In this document: positions 24,601-35,469 of the stretch, piece by piece
How positions within the stretch are numbered: the stretch's first letter is position 1
Layout: the number at the start of each line of letters is the position of its first letter
The notes under the pieces: generated by a model
Database searches by the model: none
Seen by the model: the letters and a program-made list of their open reading frames with translations, nothing else
Told to the model about the DNA's origin: nothing
Made by a program: the position numbers and the translations under genes
Source of the DNA: an uncultured Candidatus Entotheonella sp.
Lineage (GTDB): Bacteria > Tectomicrobia > Entotheonellia > Entotheonellales > Entotheonellaceae
Assembly (NCBI GenBank): GCA_965217185.1
Contig: OZ244252.1
Span: forward strand, 992,001-1,056,000
Direction: 5' to 3'
Length of the DNA: 64,000 nucleotides

Positions 24601-25775
24601 GTGAGACGGAGCGAGACATCAGCGGACAACGGATCCAGAAAAAGTAGACGGAAATCAGTAACGCCCTTAGTTTTCAATTGCGCCAAATCGTCCGAGGTCA
24701 ACTCGTGATTCAATTCGTACAAGACTTCGCCCGTGGCCGGGTCAATGATGTCTTCTGCCACGACCCGATTTACGAGCCATTCCTCAACGGTCGGAATCTC
24801 TCCCACCTCACTATTTTGCAATCGACGCAAGGCGCTACGTGAAATGCGCCGCCCGGCACGAATGATTACTTCACCGGAATTCGGGGCCAATACGTCCTCT
24901 GGACTCTGCTGCTGCAGTGTCAGCTCCGACACTCCTTTGTAGAACATATCGCGTCCGGGATCGTACCGTACGGATTCATGCTGGTAGAAAGTTTGGAGAA
25001 TTTCTCTTGAAGACAGACCTAGGGCCCGCAGAAGAATAGTGACAGGAAGTTTCCGACGTCGGTCGATACGAACGTACAAGTGATCTTTGAGATCAAACTC
25101 AAAGTCAAGCCACGAACCTCGGTAGGGAATGACCCGTGCCACGAATAGCGGTTTACCGCTGCCAGAACTTCGGCCCTTTTCCTGCGCAAAAAACACACCG
25201 GGTGAACGATGCAATTGGCTCACAATGACACGCTCTGTGCCATTGATGACGAAAGTGCCATGTTCCGTCATCAGCGGCACTTCGCCGAGATATACTTTCT
25301 GCTCCTTCACATCCCGAATGACCGCGGGTTCGCTGCTGTTGCCTTTTTCACGCACCACCAAGCGCACCAAAACACGTAAGGGGTCAGCATAGGTTATGCC
25401 CTTCTGCCGACATTCCCCTAAATCGTATTTGGAATGATAGGAGAGAGGCTGATGGGTGCTCTGACTCACCACGCCACTGCCACCAAGCCCTTTGTATTCG
25501 CCTTCCTTAGACTCCCACATCCCAATTTCATAACCCACGTATTCCAGCGTAGAGGTGCCGTTGAAGTCCTCAATGGGAAATACGCTCCTGAAGACCGCTT
25601 CCAAACCACGGTCTTCTCGGTCCATGGGAGGGCGCTCCTGCTGCAGAAAGCGCGAGTAGGACTTCTGCTGCACCTCTATGAGATTGGGAAGATCGATAAT
25701 CGTGGGAATACGTGCGAAATCCTGCCGCTCCCGACGGCTATTTCCATTAGCCTTCGATTTATCTCGTACAGTCAC
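21681..25775 (-). CDS. rpoB: RNA polymerase beta subunit
   Basis: [34 protein letters not shown]. Confidence 0.99.
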   Translation of the reverse strand: MTVRDKSKANGNSRRERQDFARIPTIIDLPNLIEVQQKSYSRFLQQERPPMDREDRGLEAVFRSVFPIEDFNGTSTLEYVGYEIGMWESKEGEYKGLGGSGVVSQSTHQPLSYHSKYDLGECRQKGITYADPLRVLVRLVVREKGNSSEPAVIRDVKEQKVYLGEVPLMTEHGTFVINGTERVIVSQLHRSPGVFFAQEKGRSSGSGKPLFVARVIPYRGSWLDFEFDLKDHLYVRIDRRRKLPVTILLRALGLSSREILQTFYQHESVRYDPGRDMFYKGVSELTLQQQSPEDVLAPNSGEVIIRAGRRISRSALRRLQNSEVGEIPTVEEWLVNRVVAEDIIDPATGEVLYELNHELTSDDLAQLKTKGVTDFRLLFLDPLSADVSLRLTLMADRLETKEEALLEIYKRLRPGDIPTKDTARLFFDNLFFNAKRYDLSRIGRLKLNTKLGLDLSLETRMLTQQDVIEVVRYLLALRQGGGTVDDIDHLGNRRVRSVGELLENQLRIGLVRMERAVRERMSIQDLETAMPHDLINSKPVTAAVKEFFGSSQLSQFMDQTNPLSEITHKRRLSALGPGGLTRDRAGFEVRDVHPTHYGRICPIETPEGPNIGLIASLSTYARVNRFGFIETPYRKVEQGRVTDEIKFLSAIEEDQYVIAQANAEVTEKGEFVQDVISARSGGDFVLTPPSEINFMDVSPKQLVSVAASLIPFLENDDANRALMGSNMQRQAVPLLQTESPIVGTGMETIAARDSGAVVLAKATGEVVNVDATRIVVRVDEDDEGGNTRVDIYSLVKYQRSNQSTCINQRPIVRLGQHVNKGGVLADGPSTEFGELALGRNVLVAFMPWGGYNFEDAIVISERIVKEDVFTSIHIEEFEAEACDTKQGKEEITRDIPNVGEDALANLDESGIVRIGATVTPGDILVGKITPKGETQLSPEEKLLKAIFGEKAGDVRDTSLTVPPGVEGTIVGVRVFSRRGADKDERMQSIEDEDVARIEKDIYDEIKIVEGERDKKIRRLLVGKTAIIADVSNGKANRQASKDTKLTEKALAKLSGKALLDVRVKESDLVHERMLEITEAAERQLDDLKRASEEKAVKLRRGDELPPGVIKMVKVYVAMKRKLSVGDKMAGRHGNKGVVSIIVPEEDMPYMADGTPIDLILNPLGVPSRMNVGQILETHLGWAVQKLDLAVATPVFDGATERDIKDALVRADLPDNGRVELFDGKSGVPFDQKVVVGQIYMMKLHHLVDDKIHARSTGPYSLVTQQPLGGKAQFGGQRLGEMEVWALEAYGAARTLQEMLTVKSDDVAGRTRMYEAIVKGENTLEASLPESFNVLVKELQSLALDVELLEANDVPQDDQLEEMSE

Positions 25776-25847
25776 AGTCTCCCCTCACAGGTGAAAATGA
25801 ACAAATCCGTAGAACCTCTCAATCTTAAGCCTTCAGCCTGCGAAATC

Positions 25848-26228
25848 TCACTTCACCTCGACTTGCGCACCCACTTCTTCCAACTGTGACTTGACGGTTT
25901 CGGCTTCTTCTTTCGTAATCCCTTCCTTAACGGGCTTGGGGGCTTCATCCACCAAAGCCTTCGCTTCCTTCAAACCGAGACTGGTGATTGACCGAACCAC
26001 CTTGATGACTTGGATTTTCTTGTCCCCAGCACCGATAAGGACGACGTCAAATTCGGTCTTCTCGGCCGGGGCCTCTTCGACCGCCCCACCACCCGCAGCG
26101 GGCATGGCAACCATTGGGGCCGCCGCTGACACCCCAAATTTCTCTTCCAACTCCTTCACTAATTCCGATAACTCAAGAACGGTCATGTTGTCTATGTAAT
26201 CAAGCACTTCTTCTTTCGTGGCAGCCAT
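25848..26228 (-). CDS. rplL: 50S ribosomal protein L7/L12
   Basis: [21 protein letters not shown] at 26228. Confidence 0.98.
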   Translation of the reverse strand: MAATKEEVLDYIDNMTVLELSELVKELEEKFGVSAAAPMVAMPAAGGGAVEEAPAEKTEFDVVLIGAGDKKIQVIKVVRSITSLGLKEAKALVDEAPKPVKEGITKEEAETVKSQLEEVGAQVEVK

Positions 26229-26272
26229 CTTTTCCTCCGTGATACATTCCAAAGTCACTATATAAAGCCGCC

Positions 26273-26812
26273 TCAATCGCCCGTCTGCCCTTTCGCGTCC
26301 TTAATCGCAACGAGGGCATAAAGCAACTGTCGCAGCACCCCGTGCAGCACCCTAGCCAAACCGGATAGGGGATTCTGCATGGCACCAAGCATTTGAGCCA
26401 AAAGTACTTCTCGCGGCGGCAACTCCGCCACCTGAGTGAGCTGTTGCGCTGTCAGCACTCGCCCTTCGATGATCCCAACCCGAATGTCCAGTTTAGGCTC
26501 TTTCTTGGTGTATTCGGTTAGGACCTTGGCCATGCCTATGGCATCGTCAATCGTTAAAGCGACAGCGGTCGGGCCTTTGACATATTCAGCCAGCAGCTTA
26601 AGATGCGTGGATTCAACCGCGCGCCGTGCCAGAGTATTCTTCACAACGTGCAGTTGGACATCGGCCTTTCGCAACATACCGCGGAGTTCTGACATCTCTT
26701 GGACATTCAATCCGCAGTAGTCGGATAAGACTGCTGCTTTGGCGTCGGCAAGTTTAGCCTGCAAGAACTTTACTTTCTCGATCTTCGTTTCACTTATCGT
26801 TTTCTCAGCCAC
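26273..26812 (-). CDS. rplJ: 50S ribosomal protein L10
   Basis: VVKNTLA, GPTA, LPPREVL; probable GTG start at 26812. Confidence 0.96.
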   Translation of the reverse strand: MAEKTISETKIEKVKFLQAKLADAKAAVLSDYCGLNVQEMSELRGMLRKADVQLHVVKNTLARRAVESTHLKLLAEYVKGPTAVALTIDDAIGMAKVLTEYTKKEPKLDIRVGIIEGRVLTAQQLTQVAELPPREVLLAQMLGAMQNPLSGLARVLHGVLRQLLYALVAIKDAKGQTGD

Positions 26813-26862
26813 GCCCAACCCTCTCCAGGTCACTTTGCCAGTTCGCCTTTACCGCCTGCAAC

Positions 26863-27567
26863 CTACCGTAAAGCATTGGTCATAGCGACCTCATCCACCT
26901 TGACGCCCGGGCCCATCGTCGATGACAAAGAAATGGTACGCATGTATTTGCCCTTGCTGGTGTTCGGCTTCATCCGCACCAGGGTGTCCAGAAGTGTGCG
27001 AGCGTTTTCCTCCAAGGATTCAAGAGCAAAACTGACCTTCCCAATGCCCACGTGGATAATACCGGTACGATCAACACGGAATTCCACTTTGCCGGATTTG
27101 ATCTCTCGAACCACGCGACCGATGTCGAGGTCAACCGTACCTGTCCTTGGGTTAGGCATCAGTCCGCGCGGGCCCAGAATTTTGCCTAATTTGCCAACAA
27201 CGGCCATCATGTCAGGGGTTGCTGCCGTGCGATCAAAATCCAGCCAACCATCGGCTATTTTCTGGGCAAGGTCTTCCCCGCCAACGAAGTCGCCGCCTGC
27301 CTCTACCGCCTCTCGCTCCTTGTCGCCTTTGGCAAACACCACAACGCGTGGAACCTTGCCAACGCCATGAGGCAATACAACGCCGCCCCGCACCATCTGA
27401 TCCGCATGGCGAGGGTTCACACCAAGTCGCACCGCCATCTCGACGGTTTCATCAAATTTGGCGAAAGCCATGTTCTGCACCAAACCCAACGCTTCCCGCA
27501 ACTCATATTTTTGCGTTTTGTCAAGCTTCTTCCGTGCATTATCGAGATTCTTGCCCCGCTGCGCCAT
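26863..27567 (-). CDS. rplA: 50S ribosomal protein L1
   Basis: [24 protein letters not shown]. Confidence 0.98.
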   Translation of the reverse strand: MAQRGKNLDNARKKLDKTQKYELREALGLVQNMAFAKFDETVEMAVRLGVNPRHADQMVRGGVVLPHGVGKVPRVVVFAKGDKEREAVEAGGDFVGGEDLAQKIADGWLDFDRTAATPDMMAVVGKLGKILGPRGLMPNPRTGTVDLDIGRVVREIKSGKVEFRVDRTGIIHVGIGKVSFALESLEENARTLLDTLVRMKPNTSKGKYMRTISLSSTMGPGVKVDEVAMTNALR

Positions 27568-27590
27568 GCGACGTGTCTCCTCATCAAATG

Positions 27591-28016
27591 TCAATCGACG
27601 ACCTCAACGCCCATGCTGCGCGCTGTCCCAGCGATAATCCTTATTGCAGCCTCAACAGTATTCGCATTAAGGTCAGCTTGCTTGGTTTCAGCGATCTGCT
27701 GCAACTGCATCATGGTCACCCGTCCAACCTTTTCCCGATTTGGTGTTGACGCTCCCTTGGCAAGCCCGGCGGCCTGCTTTATCAATTCAGCGGCGGGAGA
27801 AGACTTTGTAATGAACGAAAACGAGCGGTCGGCATACACGGTCACAACCACCGGAGTAATTATCCCGGCTTGGGTCTGAGTTTGGGCATTGAAAGCCTTG
27901 CAAAACTCCATGATGTTCACACCATGCTGACCCAATGCGGGGCCCACTGGGGGAGAAGGATTGGCTTGGCCAGCGGGTACCTGCAATTTTATTTTTGTCA
28001 CAACCTGTTTCGCCAT
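27591..28016 (-). CDS. rplK: 50S ribosomal protein L11
   Basis: [20 protein letters not shown]. Confidence 0.98.
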   Translation of the reverse strand: MAKQVVTKIKLQVPAGQANPSPPVGPALGQHGVNIMEFCKAFNAQTQTQAGIITPVVVTVYADRSFSFITKSSPAAELIKQAAGLAKGASTPNREKVGRVTMMQLQQIAETKQADLNANTVEAAIRIIAGTARSMGVEVVD

Positions 28017-28084
28017 CTACTGTATCCTTAGCCGTGGCAACATTCATGCGCCACCAAGCATTTGGTATGAAATATGCGGTTATC

Positions 28085-28615
28085 TCAGATCGATTCCACC
28101 TGCAAGAATTCCAACTCAACCGGCGTAGAACGTCCGAATATGCTGACCATCACTTTGAGCTTTCCACGCTCAGGATGTACCTCTCCGACCACGCCGGTAA
28201 AGTTTGTGAATGGCCCATCGGTCACGCGCACATTCTCACCCGGCCCAAAAATTACTTTGGGTTTTGGTTCTGAAGTTTGCCCGCTGATCTGATTCCAAAT
28301 GTAAGCTACTTCTTCCTCTGACAAAGGCGTTGGGTCTTTCCCGCCCCCCAGAAATCCGGTGACCTTCGGGGTGTCTTTGATTGCGTACCATACTTCGTCA
28401 TCTATCTCGGCTTCAATCAGAACGTATCCTGGAAAGAATTTCCGTGACGATATTTTGCGTTTGCCGCCTTTGATTTCAACAACATCCTCTGCTGGCACCA
28501 GAATCTGTCCAATTCGTTCAAGCAACCCTCTCGAATTCAGACGTTCCTCAAGACTAGCCTTAACTTTATTCTCGTGGCCAGAATATGTGTGAATGACGTA
28601 CCAGTGCTTGCTCAT
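28085..28615 (-). CDS. nusG: Transcription termination/antitermination factor NusG
   Basis: WYVIHTYSGHE, FFPGYVL, KOW GPF, IFGRSTPVEL. Confidence 0.98.
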   Translation of the reverse strand: MSKHWYVIHTYSGHENKVKASLEERLNSRGLLERIGQILVPAEDVVEIKGGKRKISSRKFFPGYVLIEAEIDDEVWYAIKDTPKVTGFLGGGKDPTPLSEEEVAYIWNQISGQTSEPKPKVIFGPGENVRVTDGPFTNFTGVVGEVHPERGKLKVMVSIFGRSTPVELEFLQVESI

Positions 28616-28635
28616 AGCGGCTTGTCCTGCATGGA

Positions 28636-28857
28636 CTATTTGAGAAGATTGCCTAAAGCCATTGAAAGGATGAAATCTACTATGCCGAGGTATATGGCAA
28701 TGATGAAAACAACGGTAACAACAACCGCCGTGGATGCGATTGTCTCTTTTTGATTAGGGAATGTGACTTTTCTCAACTCAGAGCGCACATCCTGAAGGAA
28801 TTGGATACTTTTGCCATAGGCATCTCTAACATACCGCTGAACGTAGGCCTCAAACAC
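28636..28857 (-). CDS. secE: Preprotein translocase subunit SecE
   Basis: ELRKVTFP plus single TM helix; upstream of nusG. Confidence 0.94.
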   Translation of the reverse strand: MFEAYVQRYVRDAYGKSIQFLQDVRSELRKVTFPNQKETIASTAVVVTVVFIIAIYLGIVDFILSMALGNLLK

Positions 28858-28979
28858 AGCAGCAACCTTTAGTGTAACACGAGAGTATCTTGGTTAGCGA
28901 AAATGGTAAGGACGGATGCGTTTTCTTGGGTCACCTGTACGATTTGTCTGCTACAAGGGCTCCACACTCTGTATTCAAA

Positions 28980-29052
28980 CAGGCCAGGAGGGATTCGAAC
29001 CCCCATCACCCGGATTTGGAGTCCGGTGCTCTACCGTTCGAGCTACTGGCCT
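28980..29052 (-). tRNA. tRNA-Trp (CCA)
   Basis: Cloverleaf on minus strand; anticodon arm ccgga-ctCCAaa-tccgg; GGTTCGAATCC; 3' CCA not encoded. Confidence 0.96.
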
Positions 29053-29067
29053 ACAGTTTCGAGCAGC

Positions 29068-29217
29068 TTACCTCGTTTCCCTATGAAGCTGATGCTGACG
29101 ACAAAAACGGCAGTATTTTTTAAACTCGAATCTCTGAGGAGTACGCCGCTTATTTTTCGTCGTCGTGTAGTTGCGGCGCCTGCATTCGACACACGCCAAA
29201 GTAACTAAATCCCGCAC
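29068..29217 (-). CDS. rpmG: 50S ribosomal protein L33 (Zn-binding form)
   Basis: Not in ORF track; GTG start, [49 protein letters not shown]. Confidence 0.96.
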   Translation of the reverse strand: MRDLVTLACVECRRRNYTTTKNKRRTPQRFEFKKYCRFCRQHQLHRETR

Positions 29218-29299
29218 GGGTACTCCTTACGTCATCTCCAGGTACATCCCTAGCAAGGGGTGAGCAGTCACCAACGCGACCCACCAAAACTAAAGGATG

Positions 29300-30493
29300 T
29301 TACGCCAGTATTTCACTAACGACGCCTGCCCCCACCGTCCGGCCACCCTCACGGATCGCAAAGCGCAACTCTTTCTCCAAAGCAATCGGCGTGATTAACT
29401 CCACCTCCACGCCAACGTTGTCCCCAGGCATCACCATCTCCGTGCCCGAAGGCAACGTCACCACCCCCGTCACATCCGTCGTGCGAAAGTAAAACTGCGG
29501 CCGGTAACCATTGAAAAACGGCGTGTGACGACCTCCCTCGTCTTTCGACAACACGTACACTTCTGCCTGAAAACGTGTGTGCGGCGTAATCGAACCCGGC
29601 TTCGCCAATACCTGACCACGCTCAATCTCATCGCGCTTCACACCGCGCAACAACACCCCTATGTTATCACCTGCCTCGCCGCGGTCCAATATCTTCCGAA
29701 ACATCTCCACGCCCGTCGCGACCGTCTTGTGCGTCTCCTTCATCCCCACGACCTCCACATCGTCGCCTACCGTCACCACGCCGCGCTCAACACGCCCCGT
29801 CGCCACCGTCCCTCGACCCGATATCGTGAACACGTCCTCCACGGGCATCAGAAACGGCCGGTCTATGGCGCGCTGCGGCGTCGGCACGTACTCATCAATC
29901 GCACCGATCAACTCAAAGATGCAAGCGGCCTCCGAAGCACTCGAGCCACCACTCTCCAATGCCTGCAGCGCACTGCCACGGATGATCGGAATGTCGTCGC
30001 CCGGGAATTCGTACTTGCTAAGCAACTCCCGCAACTCCAACTCCACCAGGTCCAGCAATTCCTCATCGTCCACCATGTCCACTTTGTTCATGAACACCAC
30101 GATGTAGGGAACCCCGACCTGACGCGCCAACAAAATATGCTCGCGCGTCTGCGGCATCGGGCCATCGGCGGCACTCACCACCAGGATTGCCCCGTCCATC
30201 TGTGCTGCGCCCGTGATCATGTTCTTCACGTAGTCGGCGTGCCCCGGACAATCGACGTGTGCGTAATGGCGGTTCTCGCTTTCGTATTCCACGTGCGCAG
30301 TAGCAATAGTGATGCCGCGGGCTTTTTCCTCGGGCGCCTTGTCGATCTGGTCAAAGGGCACATAGTCCGCCTTGCCTTCCGCTGCTAGTACCTGCGTCAT
30401 GGCAGACGTAAGCGTCGTCTTGCCGTGGTCTACGTGACCGATCGTCCCGACGTTGACGTGCGGCTTGCTACGCTCGAATTTCGCCTTCGACAT
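29300..30493 (-). CDS. tuf: Elongation factor Tu (tRNA-operon copy)
   Basis: Protein identical to 12817..14010. Confidence 0.99.
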   Translation of the reverse strand: MSKAKFERSKPHVNVGTIGHVDHGKTTLTSAMTQVLAAEGKADYVPFDQIDKAPEEKARGITIATAHVEYESENRHYAHVDCPGHADYVKNMITGAAQMDGAILVVSAADGPMPQTREHILLARQVGVPYIVVFMNKVDMVDDEELLDLVELELRELLSKYEFPGDDIPIIRGSALQALESGGSSASEAACIFELIGAIDEYVPTPQRAIDRPFLMPVEDVFTISGRGTVATGRVERGVVTVGDDVEVVGMKETHKTVATGVEMFRKILDRGEAGDNIGVLLRGVKRDEIERGQVLAKPGSITPHTRFQAEVYVLSKDEGGRHTPFFNGYRPQFYFRTTDVTGVVTLPSGTEMVMPGDNVGVEVELITPIALEKELRFAIREGGRTVGAGVVSEILA

Positions 30494-30574
30494 TAACTTA
30501 CCCCCCTCTGTGTCGAATGTGCTGTGTTCTAGAGGCTACGTTGTCTAAAATAATCTATGCCGGATGTGGAAAGG

Positions 30575-30647
<73 letters not shown>

Positions 30648-30677
30648 GTTCACCGAGACGACATAACACAATAAAAG

Positions 30678-30751
30678 AGCGGGAAACGGGACTCGAACCC
30701 GCGACCCTCAGCTTGGAAGGCTGATGCTCTAGCCAACTGAGCTATTCCCGC
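30678..30751 (-). tRNA. tRNA-Gly (TCC)
   Basis: Anticodon arm tcagc-ctTCCaa-gctga. Confidence 0.96.
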
Positions 30752-30780
30752 AACGTGTCGCCGACACCCACATCATGCAA

Positions 30781-30863
30781 TGGGGAGGGGAGGATTCGAA
30801 CCTCCGAAGACATCAGCCAACAGATTTACAGTCTGTCCCCTTTGACCGCTCGGGAACCTCCCC
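30781..30863 (-). tRNA. tRNA-Tyr (GTA)
   Basis: Anticodon arm acaga-ctGTAaa-tctgt; long variable arm. Confidence 0.96.
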
Positions 30864-30916
30864 AAGAACGCTTGCGTTAAACGGTATTCAATATGTGCAA
30901 GATGGGTACAAACAGG

Positions 30917-30988
30917 AGCCGATGAGAGGAGTTGAACCTCCAACCTGCCGATTACAAATCGGCTGCTCTGCCATTGAGCTACATCGGC
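30917..30988 (-). tRNA. tRNA-Thr (TGT)
   Basis: Anticodon arm gccga-ttTGTaa-tcggc; T-loop TTCAACT. Confidence 0.94.
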
Positions 30989-31032
30989 GGAGAGGGCATC
31001 CTCACGCGACAACCAGGAAAGAGCGAAGGGGT

Positions 31033-31061
31033 AAGATAAACAAAATGGTCCCTTGTGTCAA
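31033..31061 (-). promoter_or_regulatory. sigma70-type promoter of tRNA-tuf operon
   Basis: Minus strand TTGACA-N17-TATCTT about 45 nt upstream of tRNA-Thr. Confidence 0.7.
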
Positions 31062-31184
31062 TGGATATCTGGTGTAGTTTTCGGACATTGCGTGAATCCT
31101 AATATAAGCGCTGCGCAAACCCATTTCTGGCGGAAGCACGTAACCTTCCAACGCCAAGCCCCCCCGTTGGTCAGCTCCACGCCG

Positions 31185-31940
31185 TCAAGATGTCGAACCG
31201 GCAGCGCACCGTTGTTCCCAAGCATAAGCAAGAACGATGGCGCCTGCTATGGCGACGTTGAGTGAGTTGCTGCCCGGGCGCATCGGTATGCGTACCAAGG
31301 CATCACAACGTTCACGCACGAGCCGTCGCATGCCGCTTCCCTCGGCGCCCAGAACAATTGCGAGGCGTTCCGGCCACTGAACCTGAGCGACCCGCAATTC
31401 TGCTGTCATGCCGGCACCATAAATCCAGAACCCTCGCTGTTTCAGTTCATCAAGCGTATTTGCAATGTTGACCACTCGGACTACTGACACCCGTTCAACC
31501 GCGCCGGACGACCGCTTGGCGACTGCGGATGTCAAAGCAACGGAGCGATTGCGCGGTATTACAATCGTGTCCACACCAAAAGCAACGGCCGACCGTATGA
31601 GAGACGCGAAATTGCCGACATCTGTCACGCCGTCAAGCACCAGAAGCGTTTGAGGCCCTGCGATATCTTCGGTTCGTTCACTTAACTGGCTGAAAGAACC
31701 ATACTCCAACGACTCGACAAGGGCGGCAACCCCCTGATGTCTCGTATGCCCAAGTAACTGGTTCAGTTGTGCCCGATTGGCGAGCTCAAGGGTGATGCCA
31801 CGCTGTTGAGTCAGTGCCAGGATCTGTCGCACTGCGCCACCGCGGCGATGTTCATCGATCACAATTTTCGATACATGCCGTTGCCCATTTTTCAGAGCTC
31901 CGATAACGGCGTGGAAACCGTACAAAGTCTCTTCCGTCAT
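31185..31940 (-). CDS. rlmB: 23S rRNA (Gm2251) 2'-O-methyltransferase RlmB (SPOUT)
   Basis: HQGVAA, DGVTDVGNFASLIRSA, GAEGSG, SLNVA; start 31940 or 31952. Confidence 0.9.
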   Translation of the reverse strand: MTEETLYGFHAVIGALKNGQRHVSKIVIDEHRRGGAVRQILALTQQRGITLELANRAQLNQLLGHTRHQGVAALVESLEYGSFSQLSERTEDIAGPQTLLVLDGVTDVGNFASLIRSAVAFGVDTIVIPRNRSVALTSAVAKRSSGAVERVSVVRVVNIANTLDELKQRGFWIYGAGMTAELRVAQVQWPERLAIVLGAEGSGMRRLVRERCDALVRIPMRPGSNSLNVAIAGAIVLAYAWEQRCAAGSTS

Positions 31941-31953
31941 CCCGTCGTCCACG

Positions 31954-32445
31954 TTAAGAGGGCGCAGCAGTTTGTGACGGCCATACGAGACAAACCGCGT
32001 ATGCCGCTATGCCCATCTCCATTCCGGGAAAACCCAGTCCGTCCGTCGTGGTGGCCTTAACGCTAAATTGTGCAGGCTCGGCATTTACGGTGGCGGCGAG
32101 CGTTGCCGCCATGCGTGGAAGGTAGGGAGCCAATCGAGGCCGTTGGGCCACAATCGTAATATCGGCGTTCCCTAGCGTGTGGTGATTTTCCGCCAGCAAT
32201 CGTGTTACAGCTTTCAGGATAATGAGACTGGAAACTCCGCGCCAACGTTCGTCCGCACTTGGGAAATGCTGGCCTATATCGCCAAGTGCGGCTGCCCCAA
32301 GCATGGCGTCGCACAGCGCATGCACAGCAACGTCCGCGTCAGAGTGTCCTTGCAAGCCATATTCGTGGTGAATGGGTACGCCGCCCAACACCAAGGCAGC
32401 GTCAGGCACCAGCCGGTGCGCATCGTAGCCGAACCCTATTCGCAT
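31954..32445 (-). CDS. ispF: 2-C-methyl-D-erythritol 2,4-cyclodiphosphate synthase
   Basis: GYDAH, GHSDADV, GDIGQHFP, KATT. Confidence 0.97.
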   Translation of the reverse strand: MRIGFGYDAHRLVPDAALVLGGVPIHHEYGLQGHSDADVAVHALCDAMLGAAALGDIGQHFPSADERWRGVSSLIILKAVTRLLAENHHTLGNADITIVAQRPRLAPYLPRMAATLAATVNAEPAQFSVKATTTDGLGFPGMEMGIAAYAVCLVWPSQTAAPS

Positions 32446-32454
32446 GCACTTCCC

Positions 32455-33174
32455 TCACTGACGCAGGGTACGCAGCAAACCTTCGCTGAAAATCAAATCC
32501 TCCGGTGTCGTAATCTTGATGTTGTTTTCCAATCCCGAGACCACTTTCACCGGATGTCCCATCGATTCGAGCAGACCGGCGTCATCCGTCGCATATACGC
32601 CTCGCTCCCAAGCCTGTCGATACGCCGACATCAGGAGATGTCGCTGAAATGCCTGCGGCGTCTGCGTACGCCACAAATTTTCCCGCGGAACCGTTGCTTC
32701 AACTTCCCCCCCTTCGGAGATGCGCTTCAGCGTATCTCGAAGCGGCACGGCTGTCACGGCGGCACCGTGCTGTGCGGCACAACCTAGCGTTTCCTGCAAA
32801 ACTGCCTCCGTTACAAAAGGGCGGACGCCATCATGAACCACCACCAAGTCAACCGCCGCATCGATCCGCTGCAGACCACGCCAAACCGATTCCTGGCGAC
32901 TCGCTCCCCCTGCTACGACGTCGCGCACTTTGCGGAATCCATAACGTTCGATGATTCCATGTTGGCAAGCTGAAACATTTTTGGCGGCGACAATGACCCA
33001 TACTTCGCCGATGACCGCACAGCGTTCAAAAACGTCTAGCGTGCGCGCCAATATCTCTCGCCCGCCGAGTTGCAAAAACGGCTTCGCGATGTCCCCACCC
33101 ATCCGGACCCCACTGCCGGCAGCCGGAATAAGGCCCGCGACACGTTTGTGAGTCAGGGTTGCTTTCACGTTCAT
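32455..33174 (-). CDS. ispD: 2-C-methyl-D-erythritol 4-phosphate cytidylyltransferase
   Basis: PAAGSGVRM, GGASRQESV, HDGVRP, QTPQAF, NIKITTPED. Confidence 0.97.
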   Translation of the reverse strand: MNVKATLTHKRVAGLIPAAGSGVRMGGDIAKPFLQLGGREILARTLDVFERCAVIGEVWVIVAAKNVSACQHGIIERYGFRKVRDVVAGGASRQESVWRGLQRIDAAVDLVVVHDGVRPFVTEAVLQETLGCAAQHGAAVTAVPLRDTLKRISEGGEVEATVPRENLWRTQTPQAFQRHLLMSAYRQAWERGVYATDDAGLLESMGHPVKVVSGLENNIKITTPEDLIFSEGLLRTLRQ

Positions 33175-33322
33175 GTGTCTCGACAGCACCCACCCAAGGT
33201 GAAATACCGCTCAAAAGGATTGCCTATACAGGTGGCAAGAATTTCAATGCGCATGTTATAGTCGAGTTTTGATCACCACAATTGGTTTCTTAGTTCGCGG
33301 AGCACGCTCCGGGAGGAATCTC

Positions 33323-33631
33323 TTGAGACAGCAGCACGCTCTTCTTGATGCCGCCATTAAGGTGGTAGGAAACCGCTACTATACGACCATGCTGATTGCC
33401 AAACGCATCCGTCAACTCCAGCACGGCGCCCGGCCGCAAGTATCACCTGAGGAAGCAGACAGCTTTTTTACCATCGCGGTTCGTGAAATTGCTGCTGGCC
33501 ACCTCTCTTTTGAGTCTGCCCCCCCGCCTGAGAATGTCTCTCCTATCTCCACCGCAATTTCCGGCAACGGCACCCTTGAGGATAAGAGTGAAGTGGTAGA
33601 AGCGTCTGAAACGGCAGACGATGGTGCCTGA
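33323..33631 (+). CDS. rpoZ: RNA polymerase omega subunit-like protein
   Basis: NRY..MLIAKRIRQL..GARP..IAVREIAAG pattern; TTG start after GGAGG. Confidence 0.75.
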   Translation: MRQQHALLDAAIKVVGNRYYTTMLIAKRIRQLQHGARPQVSPEEADSFFTIAVREIAAGHLSFESAPPPENVSPISTAISGNGTLEDKSEVVEASETADDGA

Positions 33632-33651
33632 CAGGGAGAAAAGGTTCAACC

Positions 33652-33972
33652 ATGACACAACGATTTGTCTACTGCGCGAAGCTTCAAAAGGAGGCTCCTG
33701 GCATTGATGAGGATGATCTCCAGGGCGGCATTGCCTTGGAAATGATTGAATCGCTGGGAGGGGCTGAATTACGTCAACGTATCTATGAAAACATCTCGAT
33801 GGAGGCTTGGGAGTTGTGGAAAGGCTTCCTGACGATGATTCTAAACGAGTATCGCCTGAATGTCATGGACCCACAGGCCGACGAGTTCATCCGCCAACAA
33901 ATGGAAGAATTCTTTTTCGGTGAAGGTGCCGTCCTGCCGCCAGGTTACGTTCCGCCGATGGGCAAGGGCTAG
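33652..33972 (+). CDS. yggX: Fe(II)-trafficking / oxidative damage protection protein (YggX family)
   Basis: N-terminal VYCAKL, RIYENIS..AW..W, ILNEYRLN, PPGYVPP. Confidence 0.85.
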   Translation: MTQRFVYCAKLQKEAPGIDEDDLQGGIALEMIESLGGAELRQRIYENISMEAWELWKGFLTMILNEYRLNVMDPQADEFIRQQMEEFFFGEGAVLPPGYVPPMGKG

Positions 33973-34016
33973 GTCGGCTGCCGTTTGAGAGCAGCATTCG
34001 TCAGGGGGAGGCTACA

Positions 34017-35417
34017 GTGCGTGTCGTACTCCTCGCAACGTATGAATTGGGACGACAGCCTTTTGGCCTAGCTTCCCCTGCCGCTTGGCTACGACAGGCA
34101 GGAGCGACGGTTCAATGCCAGGATTTGTCACGCAGTCGCCTGGACCGCGAGGCCATTCTGGCGGCCGATCTCGTGGCCTTCTACATCCCCATGCATACCG
34201 CAACACGGATTGCCATCCAGGTTGCGAAACATGTCAAGACCCTTAACCCGCAAGCTCACCTCTGCTTCTATGGCCTTTACGCCCCCATGAACGGTCGCTT
34301 GTTGCGCGAATTGGGGGCTGCCACCTTGCTCGGTGGGGAATTTGAATCCGGGCTATTAAGACTCGTACGAAGTCTTCAGACGAATTCGCCACCCGCCGCC
34401 CAAGAGCCGGAAGACGTGATTTCCCTGCAGCGCCAACAGTTCCAGGTACCTGATCGGCGTGATTTGCCCCCCCTGCCCGTTTACGCCCAACTCAAAATAG
34501 GCAAGCGTTCACGCGTCGCCGGCTACACGGAAGCCAGCCGCGGCTGCAAACACTTGTGCCGTCATTGTCCGATCGTGCCGGTCTACGAAGGCCGTTTTCG
34601 CATCGTACAGAGGGATGTTGTCGTGGAAGATATCCGGCAACAAGTCGCGGCTGGTGCCGAGCATGTGACCTTTGGCGACCCCGATTTTTTCAACGGTATC
34701 AGCCACGCCTTGCCGCTGGTGCATGACCTGCATCGGGAGTTTCCCCGCCTCACCTACGATGTCACGATCAAAATAGAACACCTGCTGCGGTATGCCGAGC
34801 ATTTGCCTACCCTCCGCCAAACCGGCTGCCTGATGGTGACGAGCGCCGTGGAGTCCGTTCAGAATCGCGTTCTGCGCCTGCTCGACAAGGGCCATACCCG
34901 GCAGGATTTTCTCCAGGTTCTGGTCTTGTCCAGGCAAGCCGGTCTTTGCCTCAATCCGACGTTTGTCGCCTTCATGCCCTGGGTTTCTTTGGCTGACTAT
35001 ATTGACTTGCTGACTGTAGTCGCCGCGCAAGGTCTGATCGAACACGTCTCACCCATCCAACTCGCCATGCGTTTGCTAATCCCCGATGGCTCCAAACTGC
35101 TGGATCTGCCCGAAATGCGTCCTTCGCTGCGGGAATTCGACGCCGACGCCCTGTCGTATCGGTGGGAACATCCTGATGTGCGGATGGATGGCCTATGTGC
35201 GGAAGCGCTCCAATTAGTCCAAAGCGGTGAGGCGGAGAGCGCCAGTCGCGATGAGATATTTGAACGCCTTTGGCACGCCGCCCACAAGGCCGCCCGAATT
35301 CCTGCCCCGCCGGTGCCCGCCCCCGTTGTCCCGCCAGCCCGCGGACCCGTTCCTTACCTCGACGAGCCGTGGTATTGTTGAGCGGAACCCACTGAGGAGC
35401 AGGTCGCTCCTTTTTAG
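34017..35417 (+). CDS. Radical SAM selenoprotein, CUAEP-tail type (Sec at TGA 35379-35381)
   Basis: CKHLCRHC motif and N-terminal B12-binding-like region. Readthrough of TGA gives WYC-U-AEPTEEQVAPF* (TAG 35415-35417) with a SECIS-like hairpin. Confidence 0.85.
35394..35412 (+). promoter_or_regulatory. Putative bacterial SECIS element
   Basis: Stem GAGGAGC/GCTCCTT, loop AGGTC starting 19 nt after TGA; loop resembles E. coli fdhF SECIS GC-AGGUCU-GC. Confidence 0.75.
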
Positions 35418-35469
35418 CATCAAGGCTTTCTTGGCTTTCCGGCCATGAACGCAGCTTGGGGGAATCAGG

